DNA from: Vulcanimicrobiota bacterium
GTDB lineage: Bacteria; Vulcanimicrobiota; Xenobia; Xenobiales; JADMJV01
Direction: 5' to 3'
Assembly (NCBI GenBank): GCA_041676625.1
Contig: JBAYRN010000011.1
Span: 2,564 to 66,563 of the forward strand
DNA length: 64,000 bases
The notes beneath the pieces are model-generated. The model worked only from the letters and a program-made list of their open reading frames with translations, did no database searches and was not told the origin of the DNA. Every line of letters starts with the position of its first letter. Position 1 is the stretch's first letter. Shown here in pieces: positions 16,717 to 25,214 of the stretch. The translations under genes and the position numbers were made by a program.

Positions 16717-18282
16717 ATGGTTAATCAATCGTCGTCGGAATATATCATTTACCGCGGTCGCACCGGCAAAACCCCACTCAATAAGGCTGCCGCCGACCAG
16801 AAGCCGGTGCCCCTGACCAGAGACGCCTGGCTGGACGAAACGGCAGACACCGTGGGGATGTACAAACAACTTACTCTCTTTCCCATGGACGAAGTCGCTC
16901 CCGCCAGTGCGGTCAAGACAGATCTACTGGAGAGTGTTCCCGTACCTCACGAAAAGAGCCTGCGCTTTCTCGCGAAGGACACCCAGCGCCAGATCAAGGC
17001 ACCCAATCGACCGGACTATCCCGGTTCCTTCGTCGAGACTCCCACCACGCACCCGAAAGACGCGGTCTCGGCCACCAACGGCCAATTGCTCGTTCCGGGA
17101 ACGACCGAAGTGAAGGAAGACCAGTTTCCAGGGCGGGTGCACTACACCGATGGGGGGCTCTACCCTAAAGGTGATGCGAACGACCCCAAGACCGTAGAAC
17201 TGCATTCGAATGCTCCCAATTACCGCAAGATGCCGGGCCACCCGGTGCACGGAGTGGGGCAGCCCACTGAGCAAGGTTTCGAAGACGTGCTCAAGCATCT
17301 GGGGGCTGAGAACAAGAACGGAAAGCCGGGAGAACCGGTGGTCTGGACCAACACCCGGGCTGAAGCGATTATTTACATCAATGGAAAGCCACACAACTTA
17401 CGCGAGGTGGCGTCTCGGGAGAATCTGGTCTTGAAAGAGGGAGCGAGCGGGGCCGAGGTGGAGGCGCTGGAAGAGAAGCTCAAGCAACTTCTTATCCAGA
17501 GAGGCTCTATCGAGATCGTGACTGAGGGCCCCGACGGAAAGCCTCAAAAGCAGACCGTTCCGGTGACCGCCGAGAACACCAAGACTACCCGGGAAGTGGT
17601 CGAAGGTCTCCAGGATAAATACAACATCGAATACAAACGCATTCCTATCCCCGATGAGACCAGTCCTGATCCGGCTCGCCTGGACGAGATGCGCCAGTGG
17701 CACAACGAGATGCAGGAGAAGCACCCGGAAGCCTCCATCGATTACGTGGTGAATTGCCACCAGGGGCGTGGTCGGACCACCACGGGTATGGTCGCCACCG
17801 CGATCGCCCTGGAGGGGCGAACCAAACAACTCGAGCTGTTCGGGATGTCGATTCTAGGTGAGAGCAGCAAGGATCGGGCCAACCGTATCATCGACGACGC
17901 CTTTCATCTGCAGAACTTGCGTGAGACCGTGGACGAAACCCGTCAGAAGTCTGAGACCGCACAAGCGGAGGCTCGACGTTTGGAAGCGGAGGCCAGGAAA
18001 GAGACCGATGCCAAGCGGAAGGCGGAGTTGGAATTTAAGGCCCAGGCCGAGAAGGAGCGGGCTCAGCGATATCAGGATCAGGCCCAAGAATTTACCAGGC
18101 GCTACGCCCAGACCCTGAAATACAGCGAGTACATCAACGAGTTCGGACCGAAAGCTGAAACTCCGACTTTTGAGGAGTGGATGAAGCAGAGCGAGCAGAT
18201 CGAAGACCTGAATACCAAGTGGGTGGCCATCAACGCCAAGTTGGGTCTCGGGCAAGCTGAGCCCTCCGTCGTGCTGGTGTGA
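16717..18282 (+). CDS. Paladin/PTP-like-phytase family phosphatase domain protein with a C-terminal coiled coil
   Basis: CX5R signature VNCHQGRGRTTTGMV (nt 17755-17775), preceded by the family-typical VVWTNTRAEAIIYINGKPHNLRE. The K/E/A/Q-rich coiled coil runs from about aa 400 to 470. No signal peptide. Confidence 0.6.
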   Translation: MVNQSSSEYIIYRGRTGKTPLNKAAADQKPVPLTRDAWLDETADTVGMYKQLTLFPMDEVAPASAVKTDLLESVPVPHEKSLRFLAKDTQRQIKAPNRPDYPGSFVETPTTHPKDAVSATNGQLLVPGTTEVKEDQFPGRVHYTDGGLYPKGDANDPKTVELHSNAPNYRKMPGHPVHGVGQPTEQGFEDVLKHLGAENKNGKPGEPVVWTNTRAEAIIYINGKPHNLREVASRENLVLKEGASGAEVEALEEKLKQLLIQRGSIEIVTEGPDGKPQKQTVPVTAENTKTTREVVEGLQDKYNIEYKRIPIPDETSPDPARLDEMRQWHNEMQEKHPEASIDYVVNCHQGRGRTTTGMVATAIALEGRTKQLELFGMSILGESSKDRANRIIDDAFHLQNLRETVDETRQKSETAQAEARRLEAEARKETDAKRKAELEFKAQAEKERAQRYQDQAQEFTRRYAQTLKYSEYINEFGPKAETPTFEEWMKQSEQIEDLNTKWVAINAKLGLGQAEPSVVLV

Positions 18283-18860
18283 GCGAGGATAGCCACCGGC
18301 TCGACCTTCAGATCCGATGGGAAGAGGAAGGTGTACGGCGGGACCAGAGTAGCGATAGCGTGGTGGTGGGGGAAGCTCCGGACCAAGAAGCGCTCTCCGA
18401 ATACACCGAGCTTGAAGAGGAGGATAGCTCGGAGGAAGCTCCCGATGACTTCGAGTGGGACGCCGATCGCGAGCAGGCGCTTTTAGACGCTCTCGATGAG
18501 ACGGTGGAAGGTACCTCGCCCATCGTTCATCGGCATATCGAACAGTTGCTGGTGGGACTGAAGACGGAAAGCATCGAGACGGAACAAGCCCGGGAAATGC
18601 TCGATGAGATCCTGGCCTTTCTAGATGATCAGATAGCCTGGGAACAAGCCAAGGCTCCGGTAGAGCACGCCGACTTCATGCAGTCACGCGCCGATAAACT
18701 GAACGCCCTGGCGGCCTGGCAGGAAGCAGCCAGAGCTCTCCTGGAGTTTCTGGAAAACGGGGAAGCGGTGCAGCTGAAGGTGGCGGAATACGCGGCCGAG
18801 CAGGGGCGAGGTTTTTTGGAGCAGTCCCTCGATCTTCTGATGGCTTGCGAGCCGGATTAG
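18279..18860 (+). CDS. Acidic hypothetical protein, translationally coupled to the phosphatase-like gene
   Basis: 193 aa and very D/E-rich (EYTELEEEDSSEEAPDDFEWDADRE). GTGA start/stop overlap with the upstream gene. Confidence 0.55.
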   Translation: MSEDSHRLDLQIRWEEEGVRRDQSSDSVVVGEAPDQEALSEYTELEEEDSSEEAPDDFEWDADREQALLDALDETVEGTSPIVHRHIEQLLVGLKTESIETEQAREMLDEILAFLDDQIAWEQAKAPVEHADFMQSRADKLNALAAWQEAARALLEFLENGEAVQLKVAEYAAEQGRGFLEQSLDLLMACEPD

Positions 18861-18868
18861 GGCCGGTC

Positions 18869-21214
18869 TCAGATTCCCACGGCCCGTTCCAGTCGTTTTA
18901 GCAGAGTGCCCACCTTGCATGGTTTCTCTAAGCAGTCGAAGGCACCACTATCGAACGCCTTGACCAGTTCGGTCTCGGTGGATACCGCTACTACCACATT
19001 GACCAGGCGGGTCACCGGACCGAGCCTGGCCAGGAGTTGCAACCCCCCGGTGCTGATAAAGACCGCCGAGGCTTCCAGGGTTGGCGGGTCGGAGGTGAGT
19101 CGAGCCACCGCGCCTTCAGTATCGGGCTCCCAGCGGGCGTCGAACCCCCGCTCCACAAACAGGTTCATCACCGCTTTGCCGGTGGCTGCGTCGGGCTCCA
19201 GGATTAAGAGTTGGCACTGCTCCACCTGGGTTGAGCTAGCCGTGGACTCTGGCATCTCTCCAGCCTTGACCAGGGCTCCCGACTCGTCGATCCCCTGTAA
19301 GCACAGGTTGCACTGGCGCAAGGCCGCTTCCAGGCTTTCTTCAGGGCTGTCCATCACAGTGGTGCCCGCCACCACCTTGAAACTCAGGGACGCATCTCCC
19401 AGGGGAAAGCCCGTGGTCTCAGGCTGAGCCAGGATGGTGCCCAGTAGATGCGTTCCCGCTTCCAGGGTCTGGCCAGGCAAGGCTACGACAAACTCGTAAT
19501 TGCGCCCTCGGGCTACCGCTCCCACCCCTCGCAGGCGGTCGCCCAGACGGACCCCCAACTGGCGGTTCATCTTGGTGACGACAGCCGCCCCGTGCCGTTG
19601 GAGCAGCTCCTCTTCGTTTCCGATCCGCAGCAGAGCCACCACGATGGGGCTACTCTTCCAGCGCTCCTCGGCCAGGACTTTTCGTAAACCGTCCAGCCCG
19701 CTGTAGGTATCGGAGGTATCGTCGGCCAGCACGGTGTCGCTGGAGCGAACCAGCCGGTTGACCACTCGAGTGGCAAGCTCGGGACCGGAAAACGGTTTGG
19801 GTACAAAATCGTCGGCCCCCACGGCAAAGATCCGGTTGAGATTGTCGGGGTCGGAGGAGGCACTCAAGAACAGGACCGGCAATTTCCACCAGCGGACCGA
19901 AGAACGGACCGCCCGGCAGAGTTCGATCCCGTTGAGGTACGGCATGTCGATGTCCAGCACCAGGAGATCTGGCTCGGTGCGCTCCAGGGTGTCCCAGAAC
20001 TCCAAGGGGTCTGCCAGGGTGGTGATCTCGAGCTTCAGGGGAGCCAGCAGCACCCCCAGGGCGTCCAGGATCTGGGGATCATCGTCGACCGCCAGCACCT
20101 TGGGCCGGGGGCGTTCCGGTCCGGAAAGCAGCTTGCTGATGGTGGAGTCCAGAAGTTCGGGCTCGTAAGGGTGAAACAACACATTGAAGCCGGCAAATCG
20201 GGTCAGCGACTCGGGCCGGCTCCAAACCTCCTGGGGCAGGATCACCAGCACCGGGATGGTGGAGAGCTTTGCGGCCACCGAATTGAGCAGGGTTTGGCGC
20301 TCTTCGGCGGCTTCTCCGCAGAGATCCAGGACCACCAGTTCGGGGGCCCGCAAGAACCAGCTCTCTCGGGCTCGATGCCAACTGGTCACCCGCTCTACCA
20401 CCGGGGGCTCCTCGCCCAGCGGGAGGGCTCCTAACTGGGACTCGATCTCGTCGTTTTCGCTGACCAGTAAGAGGCGAACCTTTCCATCGTCGGTGGGGGC
20501 TTTGAGCTGGCCCTGGGGTCCCTTGTTGAGCTCCATCTCGATGGCCTGAACCCACTGCAACAACTGGTGCCCGTCGAGGGGGGCGAGGGACTTGGTGGGG
20601 GAGACGTGAAATTCGATCTCGCGAGCCAGGACGGTGGCCTGAGGAAATCCGAAAGTCCCCAGGGCGCCTACCATCTTGTGGGCTTCTCGTTCCATCTCCC
20701 GGCGAGCATTCTCGTCCTTGTCTTCCCCTTCCAGATATTCGCTGACTTGCTGCTTGAGCCACTGCACTCTTTCCCGATTGGTGGGTCCGAATTTGTCCCA
20801 GAGGGCAGCCAGCCGAGCCCGCATCTCTTCGCCCACTCCGTTGCTGCTGGTCTCTACCTTGCGCTCAGCGGAAAGGAGTTCGCCGGCTCTTCGCACCATC
20901 TCGTCCGGGTCCACCGGTTTGATCAGGACGCAATCCACCTGGAGCTCTTGCACCAGAGATCGCATGAAGTCGCTGCTCTTCTCGCTATCCATGCAGCAGA
21001 CCGTGGGGATCTTCAGGGCCCGGATCTTTTGCAAAAACATGCCGGAGTCGGGCATACTTTCGTCCAGAATAAGGAGGTCGAAGGGACCTTCCCCTTCGAT
21101 CACATCGAGGGCCTCTTGCATTTCGGAGGCGGAGTGAAACTCCACCTCGGTGAGTCGACCATTGAGTCGGGCTTTATGCCGGATGTGAAGTCCGACGGTT
21201 ATGGCTTTCTTCAA
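18869..21214 (-). CDS. Multidomain response regulator: REC-like / HPt / REC-like / canonical REC / degenerate GGDEF / REC-like
   Basis: HPt motif EAHKMVGALGTFGF. The canonical receiver reads VLAVDDDP..LLVLDIDMP..LSA..KPF. The GGDEF position reads GRNYEF. The N- and C-terminal receiver-like folds lack the acidic pocket. Confidence 0.75.
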   Translation of the reverse strand: MKKAITVGLHIRHKARLNGRLTEVEFHSASEMQEALDVIEGEGPFDLLILDESMPDSGMFLQKIRALKIPTVCCMDSEKSSDFMRSLVQELQVDCVLIKPVDPDEMVRRAGELLSAERKVETSSNGVGEEMRARLAALWDKFGPTNRERVQWLKQQVSEYLEGEDKDENARREMEREAHKMVGALGTFGFPQATVLAREIEFHVSPTKSLAPLDGHQLLQWVQAIEMELNKGPQGQLKAPTDDGKVRLLLVSENDEIESQLGALPLGEEPPVVERVTSWHRARESWFLRAPELVVLDLCGEAAEERQTLLNSVAAKLSTIPVLVILPQEVWSRPESLTRFAGFNVLFHPYEPELLDSTISKLLSGPERPRPKVLAVDDDPQILDALGVLLAPLKLEITTLADPLEFWDTLERTEPDLLVLDIDMPYLNGIELCRAVRSSVRWWKLPVLFLSASSDPDNLNRIFAVGADDFVPKPFSGPELATRVVNRLVRSSDTVLADDTSDTYSGLDGLRKVLAEERWKSSPIVVALLRIGNEEELLQRHGAAVVTKMNRQLGVRLGDRLRGVGAVARGRNYEFVVALPGQTLEAGTHLLGTILAQPETTGFPLGDASLSFKVVAGTTVMDSPEESLEAALRQCNLCLQGIDESGALVKAGEMPESTASSTQVEQCQLLILEPDAATGKAVMNLFVERGFDARWEPDTEGAVARLTSDPPTLEASAVFISTGGLQLLARLGPVTRLVNVVVAVSTETELVKAFDSGAFDCLEKPCKVGTLLKRLERAVGI

Positions 21215-21220
21215 CTTTAT

Positions 21221-22069
21221 TTATCCTTGCCGTCCGGCTTGCCTGGGGTTGAAAATGAGGAGTTCGACGATCTGCTCTCCTTGCAAGCGGGCTCCGATCC
21301 CCCATTTGTCATAGAAAACTGAACTCTGGTCGATTCTGTAGTCATTCCCCAGTTCCCGTTTCATATCGGAAAATGGTCGACCGACCTTCAAGCCCGAGGG
21401 GGTGACCCAATCGCCGGAGGTGACTCCCACCAGGTGCAAGCGGCCCTCGATAAACCCGAGTCTTATTCCCTGATCCGGGTAGGTCCAGATATTATCTTGA
21501 GGGCCCGATTTCTGAGAGGGCCGGCCCAGAAGAGCCTGCATATCGGTGTCCGACTGCCCCAATCGTAGCTGCCCGGCTCGGGAGCCGCCTACCAACAGGT
21601 GGTCTCCCTTGATCTTGTCCACGTCATCGATCTTGACCACGTAGATCATTTCCACCAGTCCACCTCTAAAAGTGATGGCAAGGCCTGCCTCCGGAAACGC
21701 GAGCTGGCCGCTGCCTCGTTTCAGGCCTTTTCCAAAAAGCTCCTGGAAGGCTAACACCGGCGAACCGACTCCCAGGCCTTGAGCGGTTTTCCAGTCTTTG
21801 CGGGCCACCGTGATGCCGATGATTTTTTGTTCAGGATTGACCAGGAATGCCAACTGGTGCTGCTTGTAGGACCGAAAGGTGGTTCCCGGGTCGCCGCTGG
21901 TCGGTTGCTGGGAAGAGGGCGGGCCCAGGCGAGACTGGACCTGGGCGAAGGGAGAGCCGATGGTGTAGGGACCAGCCCTTTCCCCCCCGACGATCAAAGT
22001 CTGATTCTGGCCGAGAGCGACCGCGCTCAGGAAAAATAAGAGAACCCAGGCGGGAAAGAAGTTTTTCAT
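21221..22069 (-). CDS. Secreted hypothetical protein with two tandem ~130-aa repeats
   Basis: Signal peptide MKNFFPAWVLLFFLSAVALG. Repeat starts LIVGGERAGPYTIGSPFAQVQSRLGPP and LLVGGSRAGQLRLGQSDTDMQALLGRP. I chose the ATG at 22069 over the track start 22099. Confidence 0.55.
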   Translation of the reverse strand: MKNFFPAWVLLFFLSAVALGQNQTLIVGGERAGPYTIGSPFAQVQSRLGPPSSQQPTSGDPGTTFRSYKQHQLAFLVNPEQKIIGITVARKDWKTAQGLGVGSPVLAFQELFGKGLKRGSGQLAFPEAGLAITFRGGLVEMIYVVKIDDVDKIKGDHLLVGGSRAGQLRLGQSDTDMQALLGRPSQKSGPQDNIWTYPDQGIRLGFIEGRLHLVGVTSGDWVTPSGLKVGRPFSDMKRELGNDYRIDQSSVFYDKWGIGARLQGEQIVELLIFNPRQAGRQG

Positions 22070-22185
22070 AGCAGCTCCATTCTCGATATTTAACCTCATT
22101 CCATTTAGAAGGGATTCGTGGGCGAAGGACGATATCGGATACTGCCGAATACTTTACTTGTAAACCAAACTCTTGCGAGGACATC

Positions 22186-23970
22186 TTGACACCTAAAACT
22201 TTATCCAACGCCTGTGGTGGCGCCTTTTTACTGAACCAATCGAACCCCGACGACATCTTTACTCCCGACAGCCTTTCCGAAGAGCATCGCATGATTCGTG
22301 ACATGGTCGCCTCTTTCATGGAAGACAAGGTCATGCCCAACGTAGAGGCGATCGAACACCAGGAAGGCGGAATCATGAAGAAGATTCTGAAAGAAGCCGC
22401 CGAGCTGGGTCTGCTGGGGGCGGAGATCCCCGAACAGTACGGCGGTATGGAGTTGGACATCCTTTCGCTGATGCTGATCGGTGAGCAGGTCGCCCGCCTG
22501 GCTTCCTTCTCGGTCAGCTTTGGGGCCCACAGCGGCATCGGCACCGCACCCGTGCTCTACTTCGCCAACGACAAGCTCAAGGAGAAGTATCTGCCCAAAC
22601 TGGTCTCCGGGGAGCTGATCTCTTCCTACGCTTTGACCGAAAACCACAGTGGTTCCGACGCCCTGGCGGCCCGGACCAAAGCGGTTCTCTCGGAAGACGG
22701 GCGGCACTATATCCTGAACGGCTCGAAGATGTGGATCACCAACGGTGGTTTCGCCGATCTCTCCATGGTTTTCGCCAAGGTGGACGGAGAGAAGTTCACC
22801 TGTTTTGCGGTGGAGACAGCCTGGGACGGTTTCAGCGCGGCCGCCGAGGAGAAGAAGATGGGTCTGAAAGGCTCGTCCACCACGGCTCTCAACCTGGACA
22901 ACGTGAAAGTGCCCGTGGAGAACCTGGTGGGTGAAGTCGGGAAGGGCCACAAGGTGGCGCTGAACGTACTCAATCTGGGGCGGTTTAAGTTGGGGGCCTG
23001 GTGCACCGCCGCCTCCAAGTTTGCCATGAACGATGCCATCGGGTACGCCAAGGAGCGCACCCAGTTTGGCAAACACCTGGTAGAGTTTGGTGCCATTCAG
23101 CAAAAGATCGGACAAATGGTCACCGAAACCTGGGTGGGCGACTGTATGAACTACCGCACCGCCGGCCTGATCGATAAGTCGATCAAGGCGGTGGAGGCGG
23201 GCGACACGGTCGGAAAGCTTGCTGCCATCGAGGAGTTCGTGATCGAGTGCTCCATTTTGAAGGTGAAGTGCTCGGAGCAGCTGGACTTCGTGGTGGATGA
23301 ATCGGTGCAAATGCTGGGCGGCTACGGCTACAGCGCCGAGTATCCGGTGGAGAGGGCTTATCGCGACTCCCGTATCAACCGGATTTTCGAAGGAACCAAC
23401 GAGATCAACCGCCTGACCATCACCGGCATGCTGCTCAAGCGCGCCATGGGTGGTCGACTGGCTCTGATGGAGCGCCTTATGGGACTGCAGCAGGAGATGT
23501 CCGAGCGCAACTTCGGCAGCATCGAAGAAGGATCGCTGGGCCGCGAGATCTATCTGGCCGACGCTTCCCGTAAAGCCACCCTGCTGGCCGCCGGATTGGC
23601 CGTGAACGTGATCGGGATGAACCGACCGGAAGAGAACCACCAGGAGCAGATGATGGCCATCGCCGACATGGTGATGGAGGTCTATGCCCAAGACAGCGCC
23701 GTCTTGCGCTGCCAGAAGCTGGTGGCCGAGCGAGGCGAGGACAAGACCGCCATCGAGCGGGATATCGTGAAGGTGTTTGTCCAGCAATCCGCCGAGCGCG
23801 TTCGAAGCCTGGCCCGCACCCTGCTAGCCGATGTGATCGCCGATAGCAAGGAACTGGAACCTAACCTCATGGCGATCGAGGCACTCCTCAATAAAACCCC
23901 GGTAGGCACCTGCGATCCCTTGCGACGCATCGCCGCTCGGGCGATCGAACTGGGGCGCTTTCCTTTCTAA
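22186..23970 (+). CDS. Acyl-CoA dehydrogenase (long, about 590-aa type)
   Basis: SYALTENHSGSDA, MWITNGGFADL, QMLGGYGYSAEYPVERAYRDSRINRIFEGTNEI. TTG start. Confidence 0.85.
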   Translation: MTPKTLSNACGGAFLLNQSNPDDIFTPDSLSEEHRMIRDMVASFMEDKVMPNVEAIEHQEGGIMKKILKEAAELGLLGAEIPEQYGGMELDILSLMLIGEQVARLASFSVSFGAHSGIGTAPVLYFANDKLKEKYLPKLVSGELISSYALTENHSGSDALAARTKAVLSEDGRHYILNGSKMWITNGGFADLSMVFAKVDGEKFTCFAVETAWDGFSAAAEEKKMGLKGSSTTALNLDNVKVPVENLVGEVGKGHKVALNVLNLGRFKLGAWCTAASKFAMNDAIGYAKERTQFGKHLVEFGAIQQKIGQMVTETWVGDCMNYRTAGLIDKSIKAVEAGDTVGKLAAIEEFVIECSILKVKCSEQLDFVVDESVQMLGGYGYSAEYPVERAYRDSRINRIFEGTNEINRLTITGMLLKRAMGGRLALMERLMGLQQEMSERNFGSIEEGSLGREIYLADASRKATLLAAGLAVNVIGMNRPEENHQEQMMAIADMVMEVYAQDSAVLRCQKLVAERGEDKTAIERDIVKVFVQQSAERVRSLARTLLADVIADSKELEPNLMAIEALLNKTPVGTCDPLRRIAARAIELGRFPF

Positions 23971-23988
23971 GAATCCCTGGGTAAGAAG

Positions 23989-24017
23989 CACTCGGTTTTC
24001 GGGCCGGGTGTTTTTTT
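23989..24017 (+). terminator. Rho-independent terminator
   Basis: CACTCGG-ttttcggg-CCGGGTG followed by TTTTTTT, 19 nt after the acyl-CoA dehydrogenase stop. Confidence 0.65.
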
Positions 24018-24132
24018 GTGCGCTTTTACATGCGCGCGGGGTGGGGTGCGGTGTGAAGTGGGCAATGTTGCTGCCTTTTGGGGCAAGGCGCGCGTGGCAG
24101 GAATCGAATTTTGGGCCGGGAAGCGTCTCTCA

Positions 24133-24810
24133 ATGTATCAGACCAGCGACGTGAGTGTAGTTGTCCCTGTCTACGGCCCGCCTGAGTTCTTTTTGGAAGC
24201 CCTGGAAAGTGTAGTGAAAGAGCAGCCCGGAGAGATCATCGTGGTGGACGACGCCTCTCCGCGCCCTTTGCCGGATCTGAGTCGTTTCCCCGACCTGAAG
24301 CTAATCCGCCATTCCAGCAACCTGGGTCCTGGAGCGGCTCGCAACACGGGTGTGCGTGCGGCGGGCGGGACCTGGCTCTGTTTTAACGACGCCGACGACC
24401 TCTGGGTGGAAGGCCGCCTTAAGCTTCAGCTTGAGTTGGCCGAGCGCCATCAGGTGGATGTGGTGCATGGGAGACTCTCCTTTTTAGCTTCGGATGGCGG
24501 ACCTGATCCTTTAGAACGTACCGACCAGGTTTCACCAGGTATGCCGACTTACTTGCTACGGCGTGAGTTGGCCCTCCGTTTTCCTTTAGACGAGAGTTCC
24601 AAGTTTTCCGAGGACCTGGAGTTCTATGCACAGCTTAAGGACCATGGTGTGCCCATCCACTCTCATCCCGAAGCAGTCCACTGCTATCGACGCCACTCCA
24701 CCAGTCTCACTGCGGGACGGCCGCTTGACGACATCAAGGCCGATATTTTTCGCACCCTTTCGAGATCGCTCTCCCGACGACGTGCTTTAGCCCAGGGAGA
24801 ATCTAAATGA
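24133..24810 (+). CDS. Family 2 glycosyltransferase
   Basis: VSVVVPVYGPPEFFLEALESV, IIVVDDASP, GPGAARNTG, FNDADDLW. ATG at 24133. ATGA overlap with the next gene. Confidence 0.8.
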   Translation: MYQTSDVSVVVPVYGPPEFFLEALESVVKEQPGEIIVVDDASPRPLPDLSRFPDLKLIRHSSNLGPGAARNTGVRAAGGTWLCFNDADDLWVEGRLKLQLELAERHQVDVVHGRLSFLASDGGPDPLERTDQVSPGMPTYLLRRELALRFPLDESSKFSEDLEFYAQLKDHGVPIHSHPEAVHCYRRHSTSLTAGRPLDDIKADIFRTLSRSLSRRRALAQGESK

Positions 24811-25214
24811 GATTGCAGCCTAGAGATCGAGATATTGTTTGGGAGTCGATCGAGGGAGAGGTACTGCTGCTTGACCTCTTCCACGGAGTTTATTACAGCG
24901 TGCGCTTCGGTACCGCCCAGTTGGTGAGCGACCTGCTCCACGGTCATAGACCTGGCGAGGTGGCCGAGCGGTGGCTGGAGAAAGTCGGGCCTACTTCTGG
25001 CCTTCAAGAGAAGATCCAGAGCTTGTCGGCTTATCTCGTCGAGCATGGTCTTGCCGTTTCGGGTCGGCCCGAACCCTCCGAGCCGGCAGCCTTCCTCGAG
25101 CTTGAGTCCCACGAACTCCCCGATATCGAGCGCTTCGAAGACATGAAAGAGATCTTCGAGATGGATCCGATTCATGAAGGAGACCTCGAGCGCGGATGGC
25201 CAGTCCACAACTAG
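24807..25214 (+). CDS. PqqD-family peptide-binding protein (RRE-like)
   Basis: 135 aa: IVWESIEGEVLLLDLFHGVYYSVRFGTAQLVSDLLHGHRPGEVAERWL...IQSLSAYLVEHGLAV, plus an acidic tail. Confidence 0.7.
   Translation: MRLQPRDRDIVWESIEGEVLLLDLFHGVYYSVRFGTAQLVSDLLHGHRPGEVAERWLEKVGPTSGLQEKIQSLSAYLVEHGLAVSGRPEPSEPAAFLELESHELPDIERFEDMKEIFEMDPIHEGDLERGWPVHN

Noticed and set aside
22070-22185. Short inverted repeat TTTAC-tt-GTAAA and a cggata/ccgaata direct repeat upstream of the acyl-CoA dehydrogenase gene, considered as a FadR/TetR-type operator
   Set aside because: The arms are only 5 bp, there is no adjacent regulator gene, and such matches are expected by chance.
22228-23787. 519-aa ORF antisense to the acyl-CoA dehydrogenase gene
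   Set aside because: It is rich in H, L, G, V and Q with no motifs, and lies entirely opposite a gene with clear ACAD motifs. This is a typical shadow ORF in GC-rich DNA. The same reasoning applies to most other overlapping track ORFs, for example 1617-2255, 2283-2990, 4829-5536, 10786-11601, 20567-21322, 28178-28795, 33310-33873 and 60362-61033.
24065-24154. 29-codon ORF (MLLPFGARRAWQESNFGPGSVSQCIRPAT) upstream of, and overlapping, the first GT2 gene, considered as a possible precursor peptide
   Set aside because: There is no convincing RBS, it overlaps the GT2 start by 22 nt in another frame, and nothing suggests a leader/core organisation. I cannot distinguish it from a chance ORF without comparative data.
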